From Pelomyxa schiedti (taxonomy: Eukaryota; Protista; Evosea): DNA of 38,484 nucleotides. How positions within the stretch are numbered: position 1 is the stretch's first letter; the number at the start of each line of letters is the position of its first letter. The notes under the pieces are model-generated. The model ran no database searches. It had not been told where the DNA came from and was given only the letters and a program-made list of their open reading frames with translations. The position numbers and the translations under genes are program-made. Shown here piece after piece: positions 12,258-25,503 of this stretch. Where the stretch lies: NCBI GenBank assembly GCA_020536535.1, contig JAHLWZ010000281.1, positions 1 to 38,484 on the forward strand. The letters are read 5' to 3'.

Positions 12258-15200
12258 ATGAGTAACCGAGTTGGCGATGCCGACATTGATGACGAAGGGG
12301 TTGTGAATGCGAATGCCGCAGGCGGGGACGTTACCCATAATTACAACGGCAGTGGCGCGGGCGGGTACCATCAGCGGCGCGAAAACGACGAGGGGCAGGG
12401 ACAAGGGGCGACGGTGTCGGACGAGGCAGGCGGGAGCGTCTCATCAAACTCCTCTTTTGCTTGGTGTGTTTTTATTGTTTCTCCGTTGTTGTTTCGTTTT
12501 TTTCCCTCGTTGATGTTTGATGACACGCTTCTGTCAATGCGTTTGTTGACTGTGCCTCTTTTTTTTTTTTTTTTTTTTTTTTATCATCAGGTCTGACTCG
12601 CGGTCTACTTCATGGAAGATGCACTTCAGTTGGGCTCACCCCTTTTCTTTTTTGATGTTCTACTAACACTCCGCTAAAGACCTGCTGCAGAAGCTGAGTT
12701 TTTTCGTTATGTCCACTCACCTGCCTGCTGGTTTTATTTGGGTTATCGCTATTCTGGAACTTGTTCAAGTTGTCACACTCCCACTCCGCCTGATTCTTCT
12801 CCTGGCTGGTGGTGACTCGACTTCAGCTTGGGAATACATTTCCTACGTGAGGTAGCCAACCAATACATATGTGTTTTGGATAACCGGAACTTTAGAGCAC
12901 CCTACTTACGTGATTATGACATTCATCAATATGTTGTCTGGGGTCTTCTTGGTTTCTTGGCAGCTGCTGAGTTCTTATTTACTTTTACGTACATGTTAAT
13001 GAAGAAGACCAACAATGTTCCGAATATGAAACTATGCCTGGTGCTACGATATACTCTCCAAATCCTGTCAGCCCTGATGTTGCCGATGCTATATTTTTTT
13101 ATTTCCAGTAGGTCATTACTTTCGTTTAGGGTCAATATTAATGAAAACTCCAAAAGTAATTTGCTGCAACTACGGTTTCACTCATTATTCCCTACCATCT
13201 AAATGCTGGGAGGGGAATGATATTTTTATTTATACGTTCTCTGTTGTTGGATTGATACTCCTCATCTCTCTTGGAGGCTACATGTCTATCTTGTATTTCC
13301 AGTTTCCCATTATTCCAACAATTTACCCTGTTTTAAGCCATGTGTCACTGTTGCCTCTCTCCAGCTGGTTCTCACAATCACACACGAGGATCTCGTTCCT
13401 CCTGTTTACTTTCAAAGTGCTTATGTCGTTGATGGAAGGATTTTTGAGCGTACATTACGCACGTGTATATGCAGTGGTCACATTTATAGCAGCGGTGCTG
13501 TTGCTCGTATTGCATGTTATCTTTTTGCCATTTTATAAAAAGCTGGCCAACTATCTTTATGCCTTTTGGTGTGCAAGAAAAGTTTTTCCACGAAATTGAG
13601 TTAACTCCTTGCAGCTATTGGTTGTGTGCATGGGGGAGCGTTGCCATGATTACTGCTACAGCTACTGGAGGTAAAAATGTGTCTCCAATTCTGTTCGCTG
13701 CTGGAACTCCCTTTCTTCTTTTGGGTGAGTTCAAACCATCTCTTGTATCTGTGTTAATCACTCGCAGCGTCATTTCTTGTCACTCAATTGAGGCTACAGA
13801 AATTTAGTAAAGTTCTTAAATCATTCTCCCTTTCAAAAAATTACACACTCAAATATCCTTACCAGGTGAAGTCCTTCTTTTTGTGTGTGTGTGCTAACTG
13901 TAAATCTCAGATCGACCTCCTTTTGCACAGAGTTTACAGAAAGAGTGCACCAGAGACCGACCTGGTCGAGAACGCACACATTCTTTTCCAGCAGGCCATT
14001 GCCAGTTCTTTGCAAAATTCCGCCTATCTCCATGTTTCATATTCTGTGTTCCTCCTCGAAATTAAAAATGATCCCCACACAGGCACGATTCGGACAAAAA
14101 CCACATCTAATTCTAATTACCCCACAGCAAGTATTCATGCCAAAAATGCGAAAAGGATGGACTCTGCTTTTGATCTTTCTTATAAAGCTGCCACTGTTCT
14201 TCAGGTGGCTTCAGATAGAATACATGAAGATGAAAGACACCACAAGTTGGATAATGCCTTGCGTGCCCTTGAAAAACACATTAGGTACCGAACACAGTGG
14301 GCTCTTTTCTGTGCTTACCTCTGTAGTGCTGCCAAAGGATTTGCCTCCCTCTTCTGGCATCAAATCATTCGCGCACAATCTGACTCCGCGCCAAATACGA
14401 ACGCCCTGTTATATTCTGTAAGACAACTGCGATACTATCAGGAAAGGGTGGAGTCAGAGTTCACCGATTTGCTGCACAATTATCCTCATTCATTCAAGTA
14501 TCACATAAAATATTCCTACAGGTGTAACTTTGGCCAGGGTTGTCAGACGATACGGTTGGTTCCAGAAGGTGTTGAAAAACGACAAAGAAGCTGCGGAGGA
14601 AGCTTTTACTCTCGCTGATGAGCTTGAAGATCAAGCAACGAGAAAACATCACAGGTTCACTAGTGTCAGTCATTTTATGCTGAACTTGAAATAGGAGGAT
14701 TGATGTGAAGGCTTCCGTTGCTATTGGGTATTACTAGTATCACATACTATTAAATACCTATTAATCTCTGTAGAGACGTTACTCCAGGTGAACCTGCCTC
14801 AAAAGCTGTCAAATTTGCTGACCATGCAAACAGTTCCTCCAAGTATGAAACTGGATGGGCTTTCATGGGTAACGTTACTAAAAATATGAAGGCTTGCCTC
14901 CAAAGGAGCCCCACATGATAGAGCAGAAGTAAGCAGTGTTTCTTCCACCTCAGTATCAGACACAGAAGTGAGTACAAATACAGCCAGCTCCAGTGGGAGT
15001 GCTGTTTCACATTCAAGGTCAGTAAGAAGGAGAATTGAAACTTCGAAGTTATCTGCACTTAAGCGTCTGCATCTCAGCAATGTTTTCACAATAACAGTCT
15101 TGTGAGTTCACTCACCCACCTGCTCCTTTTCCTTCTAATTTCTATTTCAGATATATTAGCATTCTTGTGGCATATTTGCTCACAAAATCAACATTTTCTT

Positions 15201-18200
15201 CTTTCAAGGCACGGCTCATTGAAATGAACAGGTACGGCTCCCCTTCCTGAGGAAGTTTCACACTGTACTTTAGCACAGTGACTTGCAAGGACTACACACA
15301 ATCAGCTGTCTACTATTCTAGAGCTATAGAGACTGCTCTAATAAGTCACAATAATCAGAGTGCCTCCGACCTGTGTGTCCCCCGCCCCCTCCCCGCACCT
15401 TTTTTTTTTTGGTCATTCTGGATGCTGTAGCTGTGATGAGATGTCAGTAAAAATTGCTGCTTTTGAGGATAGCTTTGCAGAGATGTTTGAGCAGAGTAAA
15501 ATATCTGAAGAGATAAGCAATTATTGGGCTGAGCCACATGTTATGGTGCCCTTATTTTCTTCCAATCGGAAAATCTTAGAGCATCAACAGATAACAACCT
15601 ACATCCCGAGCAACAAGTCGGATTACTATAGCGGCTACAACCTTTACTCAACTGAACAGCTGTGGGATGCTGGGTTCACCTTTACAAACAGCCTCAAAGA
15701 TCTCTGTAAAAGTAATGTTATGGATGGATTGCCCAATCTGCGGGGAAATCCTTCATTTAGATTTGTGAGTCTCCACTTACACAACTTACAATTGACTATG
15801 CCAAAGGTGATGGATAATGGGCCAGTTTCGTTAATTACCGCTCTCAGAGATCTTGGATCTCTGTATTCAATTTCTGCAGCCCAACAAGGCACAAAGATAC
15901 AGATATCGCTGTACATCATTTACCCTGTAACGCTATTGATATCAATTGTCATGGTTCGTGTACTTCCTAGTTGCCTCTTTTTATTCACCTCGACAGGTTG
16001 CAGTTGTATTCTTACCTACTCTTCGAGCGATTTACAAGGAGAGGACATCTCTCATCAGACTCTTCCTTGATCTCCCAAAGGTTTATCGTTTCCACCAAGG
16101 TATTCACTCAATTCTTTAACCAGTCATCTGTGGTGAACACAGCTGAAAAAATTGGTAGTGATGAGAAAGACCTCTCCCAAGGAGCTTCCTATGATAAGTA
16201 TGGGTAATTTGAAAGTATTAGGCACAATACTAAATTTGTTTTGAAGATTCTCTTCACTTCAAAAGCTTTCTTTTGGGTACTTCAGCTCCCTTGCACTACT
16301 CTTAATGATGACTACTCTCATATTTGCATTTGTCATTCCCCTTGCAAATGACTATAAAGTCAGTACTTTTTCTTGGGATTAAGGTTCTCTGTTTTTATAC
16401 ATATATAGAACGCAGGCTACGAAGTTGAGGCTGCTGGGACAAGAGTCAATCTATGCACACAACTTACTTTATGGTGCCAGGAGCTAATTGTGAATGATGA
16501 AACAAGTTATACGCGAAACGAGAGTAAAGGTGATGACCTCCCTTCAAACTGGATTTATTCACTGTGAGAAGTTTATTGGGACTCATTTTATGAGAAATTT
16601 GAGCTCTTGGATCGCGCTCTCAAATATGGCAATGACTCCCTAAATGTGAAAAGGTTTTTTTGCCCTAATGTCGTGTGAAATGCTTAACTCTTCAAGTCGA
16701 ATGAAAACGGAGAAAGATCTTTTTGACTTGTGAGTTTGATTCTTCAAAGCTCTTTTATTACCAAGGCAATAGGTGGTACAATCGCGAATGTCCATCCACA
16801 TTGGGCATTTATAACTGCAAAGGTGCCGCCACTCTTTTACGTTATTACGCAGACCTCATCTACTTGGTTGCAAATGGTTCTCCTTCCAGGTATTGATAAA
16901 ATGCCTGCATCCAATGGTCTGATACTTCGTTAGGCTAATAGTCAGCAATAACTACTACACAAGAGCCGCATCAATTTTACCATATCTCCAGATGTGGCTC
17001 TCTGAAGACACATACAAAACTTGTGAGGTGGCACTTCGTAATTTGGATCGGTGTGCATTTCTCTTTTTGTGAGATTTCTAAGTCTGCAATTTTAGAACAC
17101 TGGAAAAAGTGTCTCTTGTTTTCTACCTTTCACTTCCAATGTGTCTACTCCTCCTCCTCATTGTGAGATTCCTTATTGAGACAATGGGAATAGAAATTGA
17201 ACAGTTACTTCCCAACATTTTTTCCCCCTCACCCACTCTTGAAAGGGTGTTCAAAATGATGCTATTTATACCTGTCAATGTGATCGACACAGTGCCATCT
17301 ATTAAAGAGTACATCGAAACTGGACACAATGTTTCAGAAGCTGCTGAGCAATCATATAGAGTAATTGAAGGTGGTATCTTTTCTGTTCTAATGCCTTTTC
17401 TTACAGGATCAAGAGAAACAAAATAAATCTATTCTTGGTACTCCTGTCATTTTCCCCGAATCACAACTTACCTTTTTCTTTCCCTTTTTTTCGATTTAGA
17501 TGCTTGTGAAGACGCGGTTATTGTATGCAACCAAGTGAAAGCAATAGAATTTCTCAACCCAGCCGCAGAGAAGATGACAGGATTCTCAACCGATGTAGTT
17601 TCGTTGAGCATGTTCTTGTGTTCACCCGTTCCCCATTGCAGGAAGTAACTCTTCAAAGCATTCACTTGATAATACCGAATGAAATTGAATCTAACCGAGC
17701 CCTTCTAGAAGAAGTATTTGAGTATGTTTAACCTGAAATAGGAGCGCTCTGAAATTTTGTAGGGTTAAAACAGCTATGGAGGGATCTGCGTTAATAAGAA
17801 GCGAAGTTACTGTTCAAAAAAAGAGTACCTCTCACCCAGTGTGTAGTCACTCCCTGAACATGCACAGGTGGTGATAGATTTTCTTCCCTTCTTTCTGTTA
17901 GCCACAGCTCTTTGGGAGGAAGAAAAATTCATGCTCTCTTTATTCGGGACATCACCAAACTGAAGGAGCACGAGAAAGAGCTTCAAAAGCAACAAAATCG
18001 GGTTTGTTTGGTTTTTTTCTGTGTGACCACTGAATTTGGTCAGGTTGAAACACTCTTGCTTAATATTCTTCCAAAGTCCATTGCCGACCAATTGCGTCAA
18101 AACCAGTCTCATGAACATGACGGGAAGAAACGAACTTCACTTATCGCACAGCAATTTGAGTCTGTAACGGTTCTTTTTGCGGATATTGTGGGGTACACAA

Positions 18201-19191
18201 CTAGAAAACAAGAAAAAAGAATTAAACTAACAAACTTACTTTCCTACAAGGTTCACATCACTGTCCTCCAGTCTGTCACCTGAACAACTTGTGATGCTTT
18301 TAAATTCTGTTTTTAGTATTTGGGATAAGCTCACTGTACAGTTTGGTGTAGAAAAAATCAAGGTACTCGTTTTTCTCCCTTCTCTTCCTCTCACCCCTCG
18401 ATCCAGACAATTGGAGACTGTTACATGTAAGATAACCTCTTTTTCCCCACAATTCACAACACGCAGGGTGGTTTCTGGGGCCCCTGTTCCATTTGAATGT
18501 AAACAGCTTCGTACTAACCTCTTCAGTCACTTAATATACCACAGCGCACGCAGAGGTCATGATGGATTTTGCAATAGCAATGCTGGAAGCACTGGCCGCC
18601 TATAACACAGTGTGTACATTTCTTTTTCCACAAGCAGTCAGCGTTTGACTCCCAATCAGACTTCACAGCACCCTATAAACATCAGAGTTGGGATGAATAC
18701 TGGAAAAGTTGTAGCTGGGGTGATAGGATTTAGGAAAATTGCCTACGGTACTCGTTATGCACTTCTATTTGTCATTTCTCACTTCACACAGACCTATGGG
18801 GCGATACCGTCAAGTACTCCCTTTTTTCCCTTCAGTTTTTCTCCCAGAACTAATGTATGTCAGCGTTGCATCCAGGATGGAACATAATGGTATGAAATAA
18901 AATATTATTCAAAAACAAAGTTTCTCACAACCATCAGGATTCCCCGGTTGTATTCAAGTTACTGAGTTCACATATGAAAGACTCAAAGATTTGTATGCCT
19001 TCGAACGCCGAGAAAAGGTCATCATTGCCGGCAAGGTAGTTGCTTTCTTTTCTTCATCATCAGAATTCATTCCACAAACAACACAGGGAGAAATGACCAC
19101 TTATTTGTGGAAACCAGAAGCTATCTCTGCCCTCACTGACACGTTTGTTCCTGCTGTCTCTCTTCCCTCAATCATAATACACACACAGTAA
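12258..19191 (+). CDS. Multi-pass membrane adenylyl cyclase (TmcB/TmcC-like TM and TPR-like region, PAS-like domain, class III cyclase), many exons
   Basis: Multiple hydrophobic segments at 12700-13790; helical TPR-like blocks (YLHVSYSVFLLEIKND, FWHQII); further TM segments; PAS-like DAVIVCN..AIEFLNPAAEKMTGFS and FIRDIT; helical linker ETLLLNILPKSIADQL; catalytic domain VLFADIVG, EKIK|TIGDCYM, IRVGMNTGKVVAGVIG, YDLWGDTVN|VASRME, GK|GEMTTY. Confidence 0.9.
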
Positions 19192-19242
19192 CAAACGAGA
19201 AGTACACCGCGGACCCGCTGCTGTTCTGGATGACGACCAAAC

Positions 19243-19311
19243 CACAACAACCACACACAACACACACAACACACACAACACACACAACACACACAACACA
19301 CACAACACCAC
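19243..19311. repeat. (ACACACAAC)n 9-bp microsatellite between convergent genes
   Basis: About 6 tandem copies of cacacacaa. Confidence 0.9.
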
Positions 19312-19455
19312 ATCTGAGTAGAGTGATTCAACCAATGTTAAATTATTTGTGTAACTACAAAGAACGCTTTGTTAACAATTACTGAGATTTTGGTGTATGT
19401 GGCAGATGGGGCAAAAAGATGGGACAAAGATAGATACATGGGCTATCTCTCCATT

Positions 19456-22400
19456 TCAGTCGCCAAGGTAGCCATCACACCAGGCTGCAAGGATGTTTGA
19501 CCCACCGGAGGGGCACTTTTTTGCTCGCTCTCTAAGGCTAGATACCAGCTCCCGCTTTTGTTCCTGTGACTCCGCAAATGTGGTTATGATCCAAATGGTT
19601 GTATCGGGCAAAGAACAGCACCTGTGTTGTGCATTTAGTTTGTTTGGGAGACAGGAATGGCACGTACTTGTCGAAGTTCAGTAGGTGCAGCGCCCAAGCC
19701 TTGGGAATTTCGGGAACAATTCCTTCCATGCAGAATAACATTGCCGGAGATATGTAGTGATACATGTCGATGGTGAACAGTGCGAAATCGTCATCAGTCA
19801 TTAGAAGCGAAGAGCACGCATGGTAATTGGATTCTAGCATTCTCAAAATACCTAAGCCGGGAGTTGGGTACCTCTTGTATACCTTTTGGAATAGAAGAAT
19901 GAGGAATANNNNNNNNNNNNNNNNNNNNNNNNNNNNNNNNNNNNNNNNNNNNNNNNNNNNNNNNNNNNNNNNNNNNNNNNNNNNNNNNNNNNNNNNNNNN
20001 NNNNNNNNTCGTCATCAGTCATTAGAAGCGAAGAGCACGCATGGTAATTGGATTCTAGCATTCTCAAAATACCTAAGCCGGGAGTTGGGTACCTCTTGTA
20101 TACCTTTTGGAATAGAAGAATGAGGAATAATCCAAGTTGTTTGGCTTCATACGTTTTGAATGACTTTTGAGTCTTTGATGTCTTGCAAGCTGAGAGAGAA
20201 ACGGGAAATGAGCCATTCCACAACCTCCACATTGTCAAAGTGATCAATGGCCCCAAGTGCCAAAAGGGCATCAGACCGGTCAAGGGGATAATTCTCAGAT
20301 AAGAACACGGCCATTGGTAGTTTCCCATACTTGCAGGATTCTTGCAGTGCATTGACGGCTCTCAAGTCATCAACAGAGAGGTGCCACTTCTCTGAAATCC
20401 ATTTCATCACCGGAACATTGCCAGAACCACAGACAGCCTCTACAGTTCCACTGTCCATCATTTTTCGCTTGCTGACTTTGAATTTTGACAGAATAAACTC
20501 CACAAGGGCCAAGTCGTTTTGTTGCACACATGTCCATCTGTGAGCGTGGTGAAGATGGGTAAGTGAAAGGAAAAGGAAACTCACTGAAGAGCACTGCCTG
20601 ATGATACGACACTTTTCTCCTTAGAGACTACATCCTCTTTTCTTACCCGGAAGTTCTTCATAAGCCATTTTACAGCCTCAAGATTGTTTGATCCACAGCA
20701 GCTTCTCAGTGCCGAGCTTATCCGACTGGAAGAATACTTGCTTTTGGAGAGTTCTGGGAACTGTGAGAGCATCCACTTGGCAGTTTCAAGATTATTGCGA
20801 GCCAGAATGGGCCCAATCGGCCAGCGGTCATTTTCACACAGTTGGGCAGCAGTAATCCGGAAATGATCCAAAGTCCACTGAGTTCGTTCAAAAATATATG
20901 TATGCGTATTAGGTTACAAAGTGTAAATTCGGTGTCTACCTGGCACAGTTCCATATTTCCTTTTTCAGTTGAAACTAAGAAAAGATCTCTTCCTATGCCT
21001 GGCCAGTGTGAAAATTTGTTTACCACGAAGAATACAAGTTCTGTGTCTTGGCCACTGGTGGGCACAATGCCAAAAAATGTATCATAAAGACCTTCACTCT
21101 GGAAGGTGTCAAAACTCGTCAAACTACACAATCGAGTCAACATCCTCATTTTCGCACTTTGAGTTCCTTTTCCGCCTGCTGCCGATCGAAATGCAGACCA
21201 AATGTCCTCCTTCCAATCAGTCATCTCAGGGAACTGCTCCAAAAGCCAAATCACAACCTCTGTATGGCCTTGATAACAAGGTCCCATTAGAGTTCCACGT
21301 GCCTCCAACACTGTTATGGAGTACTCCTGATACAACCACTTGGCAAATTCAAGATTCCCTGTATCACATGCGTAGCGCAGAGTGGCGCATTGCATTGTAT
21401 CAAATACATGCTGCCGAGGGAAGTGGTATTTGTCCACCAAGTATTTGAATGTTTCGAGACTTCCAAACCCAGCTTGTGATACTCTAATCCTTCTCTGAGA
21501 AGCCGGTCCATAATCAAATGTCTGATTGTGTCAATTCAAGAAACGTCAGAGAAAAATACCTCACATAGCCACCGCACGATATCAGCCCGGTTTGACCTAA
21601 TAGCCTGAGAAAGAGCAGCAGATATGACAACAGAATGTCCAGAGACCCCAAAGGTTTCAATGACCCATTTCAAAATATTCAGATGACCACCACGGCAAGC
21701 AGCCTCCAGAGCAGCAACCGGAACACCTGTTTTCGAGAATTTACGAATCATGTCAAATGTGTTCACAGCCCACATCGCCGATTCCAAGTGTCCTTTTCTA
21801 CAGGCTGCACACAGTAGCTCCGGTGTGTCATACATAAAACTCTGGGACCTAGCTTCCTGCATAGATGGGGGATGGTCCACAAGCCACTTCAAGCACCTGG
21901 CCAAATATAGTTACAACCATAAAATAAACTCCTTTGTACTAGCATTCTCCACACTACTAAAGTGATTTGGTTTTATAATAATTCATTAAGTATTATCATA
22001 AATAAAAATATTTGCACAACACTATTTGTTACCTGCTGAATGAATATATAAAATTCTCCAACACAGAATGAATATGCAACCCACCAAACACGCGTAAAAA
22101 GAAGACTACAACCACAACAATAATGGGATGTCGCGCCATACGCACCTGATCGAATTTACCTGGGCGCACTTGACAGCGACCCAGTGGTGAGGATTCTCGA
22201 CGACCCAACGCCCAACCACGCCCATGCACCACCTGGCAGCCACTCCCACAAGTGGGAACATGGCCCCCGCGCACCGCAGCACCACCTCGCACGCCTCGTG
22301 CATCCGGGCGATCCACTCGCCGTCGAACAGGTCTGCCAGGGGCCTGGGTCGCTTCCAGTCGGGCGAGTGCAGGAACGCCCTGGGCCTGGCCGTCGGCGTG

Positions 22401-22492
22401 CCCAGCGGCCCAAACACAGCGACCGGGAACACGTGGTGCCACATGACGTGTGACATCATAACTATGTCTTCATGGCCTCGTGCATCCCCCAT
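19456..22492 (-). CDS. Ankyrin-repeat protein, multi-exon, spans an assembly gap
   Basis: Degenerate ankyrin units ACRKGHLESAMW, ACRGGHLNILKW, ACDTGNLEFAKWL, CYQGHTEVVIWL, CCGSNNLEAVKWL, VCGSGNVPVMKW, SCKYGKLPMAVFL. GC-rich first exon MGDARGHED...MFPLVGVAAR; predicted end AAWCDGYLGD* at 19456. Confidence 0.8.
19788..20129. other. 100-N scaffold gap flanked by an identical 121-bp duplication (assembly artefact)
   Basis: 19788-19908 is identical to 20009-20129; N run at 19909-20008. Confidence 0.9.
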
Positions 22493-22580
22493 TGTTGTGT
22501 GTGGGTTGGCTGCACGGTCGGTTGGTCTTTTTTGTTTGTTTTTTTGAACCATTCGCCTAAGACGCCAAAAAGGCGAAATC

Positions 22581-24475
22581 ATGTGGATACCCGTTTGTAT
22601 TGTCCTGCTACTCATTGTTGTTGCGTACGTGAGACTCAGGAGGAGACCCAGGTTGGTTGTGGTGGGGAGATGGCAGGTCACGCCGACAGGCGATTACGAA
22701 GGGAGAGAGGTCGTCGTCGGGCACGACGTGATTATGAGCAGCGGGCCCGACATGAGGTTCTGCTATCGGTTTAGCGGAATCCTAAGCGGCGAGCTGCTGT
22801 TGAAATCGCTGAGGGAAATGGTGAACCAGTTCCCACAATTGTGTGGGTCCCTGCGGTGGGCAAAGAGTGGTATTTGCTTTTTCTCTGCTATTATTATTAG
22901 GATTTTTCTTTTTATTTAATCAACCATATGGCCCAGAGATAAACTACAGTTACGTAACTTATCAAGGAACACTAAATATCCATGACAGAGGATAACGCGA
23001 AAAAAATGGAACTTGTATGGGGTGGAAGGAACCCCAGCTGGGCTCCAGTGTTGTTCACAATCCTCAAGGGTGACGCACCGCCCCCCTGCACGCGGAACTC
23101 TATGGGCCCTTATATGCCCTCACTGCCAAGAAGCTCTCGCATTTCCGTGAATTTGGTGATCTTTCCATCTCACGGTTGCTCCTACATCACTGCTTTAGTG
23201 GACCACGGGCTAACTGATGCAGCTGGAGTGTGTATTCCGCACCGCGACTACGAACCCTAATTTTGGTTCAGTGGGGGAATTTGTTTACCAAATGGTCCGC
23301 TCTATGCTGTGGAGCCGATTCCGTGTCTCGAAACTTGACTTTCGCCCGATATCAGTCATTACTCCTGAGTAAGGATACATGCACCACAGTGGAAGAACGT
23401 GTGGGATCCTCAACACCACGAAATGTGCAAGATCTCCAAACTTCCTTTTCTAGATGGTGTAAATTCTCTCCGCTTTCAAGCTGGTACCGGTATGAACCCC
23501 ATATTATTCAAATACTTGAATTCATTTTTGTGAAGGGTAATACCACGCTTGTGTTACTGGATGCTGCTTTCGCAGTCTACAGTGTTCAGGTTTGATATAG
23601 ATCTAATTCAAGGTAAATTCTCCATCTTATTCAGTATTTTTATGCCCCCAAGAATTTATGAAAAAATGCAATGGCTGTACGAAAAATACCATTATGTGCG
23701 CGTTAATAATTGGCTCCATTCATGCCCTTTCCCCACATCAAGCACGGAAATGTGGTGGTTCGGGATTGACAATGACGTTTGATTTGCGGGGAAACAGGCA
23801 AACAGCTTAGTGACAAAACAACTCACTAATGCGTGCACAGAAGTGGTACCACAATTCCAGAAGGATTTATTGGGAATGGGTTCTTCCACTTCCGAAAATG
23901 GATACCACTTGAATCATTGGAAGCTGCCGCTACCGCATTGAAAGAGAAAGGTCCCACAGCGTGTGTGGAAGCACTTGCTCCTCTGATCCAACGTTGGGTT
24001 ACAACTGAGTTGACCGGAACAACTGGAATTGAGATGGTTTGTTGGTTTAGCAGGTTTGTGTAACAACTATCTTCAAGATTAAAGATATCTTCATCTATCT
24101 GACATTCATTTACAGAGTTCACCAGCTGGGACTTGATTCCAAACTCGGAGCCGGACTAGTTGCCTCAATGTAATCCCCTCCTTTCCCCCCTGTTGTATGA
24201 AAGGCGTAAACATTGTGCCCAGTGCCGATGGTGATACTTTGCTTGACAGTGTCACAACGCGCGGCATCTTTGAGAATGTTGCATTCCCACGAGAAGATGA
24301 TGGACAACCTGCAAGGCCAGTTGAAATGTGCCTGCCAATGCTCACAATGAAGCAAGCTTACTTCATAGCGCAAAGCACGGGCAGAGGTGACAGGGACATC
24401 TACATCTCTCTTCCAAGGTCACAACTAAATACTCTCAGCCACTTATGGGAATCTGTGGCAACAAGACGAGACTGA
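22581..24475 (+). CDS. CoA-dependent acyltransferase (BAHD/HxxxD transferase-like) with N-terminal membrane anchor
   Basis: MWIPVCIVLLLIVVAYV anchor; LLKSLREMVNQFPQLCGSLRW resembles the BAHD LxxSLxxxLxxFxPLAGRL block; catalytic VDHGLTDAAG (HxxxD); PEGFIGN resembles BAHD xxYFGN. No clear DFGWG motif. Confidence 0.7.
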
Positions 24476-24671
24476 GTTAGTTTGTAATCGTAACATTAAT
24501 GATAACGGGTTCTCTTCTCTCCTTCCTTCCATCAGAAATTTTAGTTGCAGTTTTAGTGCCATGAAATTCGGTTGGATTGGCGATCTGTGAGGTTTTTCTT
24601 TTACTACTTCGCAATACGATTCGTACATTAAATGAATTTTCCACAACCACTTTCCAAAAAGAAGATAACTA

Positions 24672-25222
24672 ATGCATAAGTTGTGGCACACAGTGGCCGT
24701 CCTGTCATTCTGTTGTTTCCAGGTTTGTTTGTGTGTTGCGGCTGACATCCCAAAAAATCGTAATCCTTGAAATAGGTTTCTGGGTGGTCCAAAAGGAACA
24801 ACGATTTAATTGTACAAAATGCAGTCCCTGACACAGTGAAGCCTTTGTGCTGTTTGTAATTCTGAATTGGGCTTTGTGAAAAGTGTGTGGAGGGTTCTGT
24901 GTTCCCCGAGTTTGGTTGCTTAAGTATGCATGCCTCATTTTTTCTGTGCTCACTCCCATACAGCTGAATCCACTCCAAACAATTTGACCATGGTGATTTG
25001 TTTCCTCTGTGAAAGATACCTCTCACTATCTTGACAACATCTACGCAAAAAGGAAATGGGGTGAAAGGGGGACTATCTGGCCCCGGCTCGGAATTGAGTG
25101 TGTACGTTTCAATAATTGTAATTACAATCGGCAGATATGGCTGGGAACAAAAGGGACTCATCATGGTCACAGCCAGTATGCCGTCATCAGGAATCAAAAA
25201 TAAAAGAAGATTACAAGAGTAA
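24672..25222 (+). CDS. Possible small spliced secreted protein or gene relic
   Basis: ATG at 24672 begins signal-like MHKLWHTVAVLSFCCFQ followed by gt...ag, then short plausible exons (VSGWSKRNNDLIVQNAVPD; CVEGSVFPEFGCL). The model could not be closed confidently. Confidence 0.2.
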
Positions 25223-25503
25223 ACCAAGGTACGCACCCTCTGCAATGAAAAAGTCATTGAAAATACAACCCAGCAAGTGCATCATTGGGTAAAACACCTT
25301 AAGTCGTGAGTACTACCCCTCCAGAGGAGATCTGTGTATCCTTCATGTAAATCTGAGCCTTTTTTTTTCGTGTTCGGCGGAACACTGCGAAGGGAACTCT
25401 TCAAGGCTTGGGTATTAGAAGAAAAGAAAAGAGCAAAGGAAGTACTGCGGAACAAAGCAACCTGTAATCATTAATTATAATATTATTACTATCGGTAGGG
25501 CGA

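Noticed and set aside
19243-19311. Short repeats as CRISPR or telomeric arrays
   Set aside because: A simple microsatellite with no spacers, in a eukaryotic context with no cas genes.
19788-20129. Direct repeats flanking unknown sequence, resembling LTRs or target-site duplications
   Set aside because: An exact 121-bp overlap around exactly 100 N, also seen at 26811-27152; typical of unmerged contig overlap, and collapsing it restores the reading frame.
24628-25257. 209-aa minus-strand ORF
   Set aside because: No motif or compositional support; the splice-like signals here favour the plus strand.
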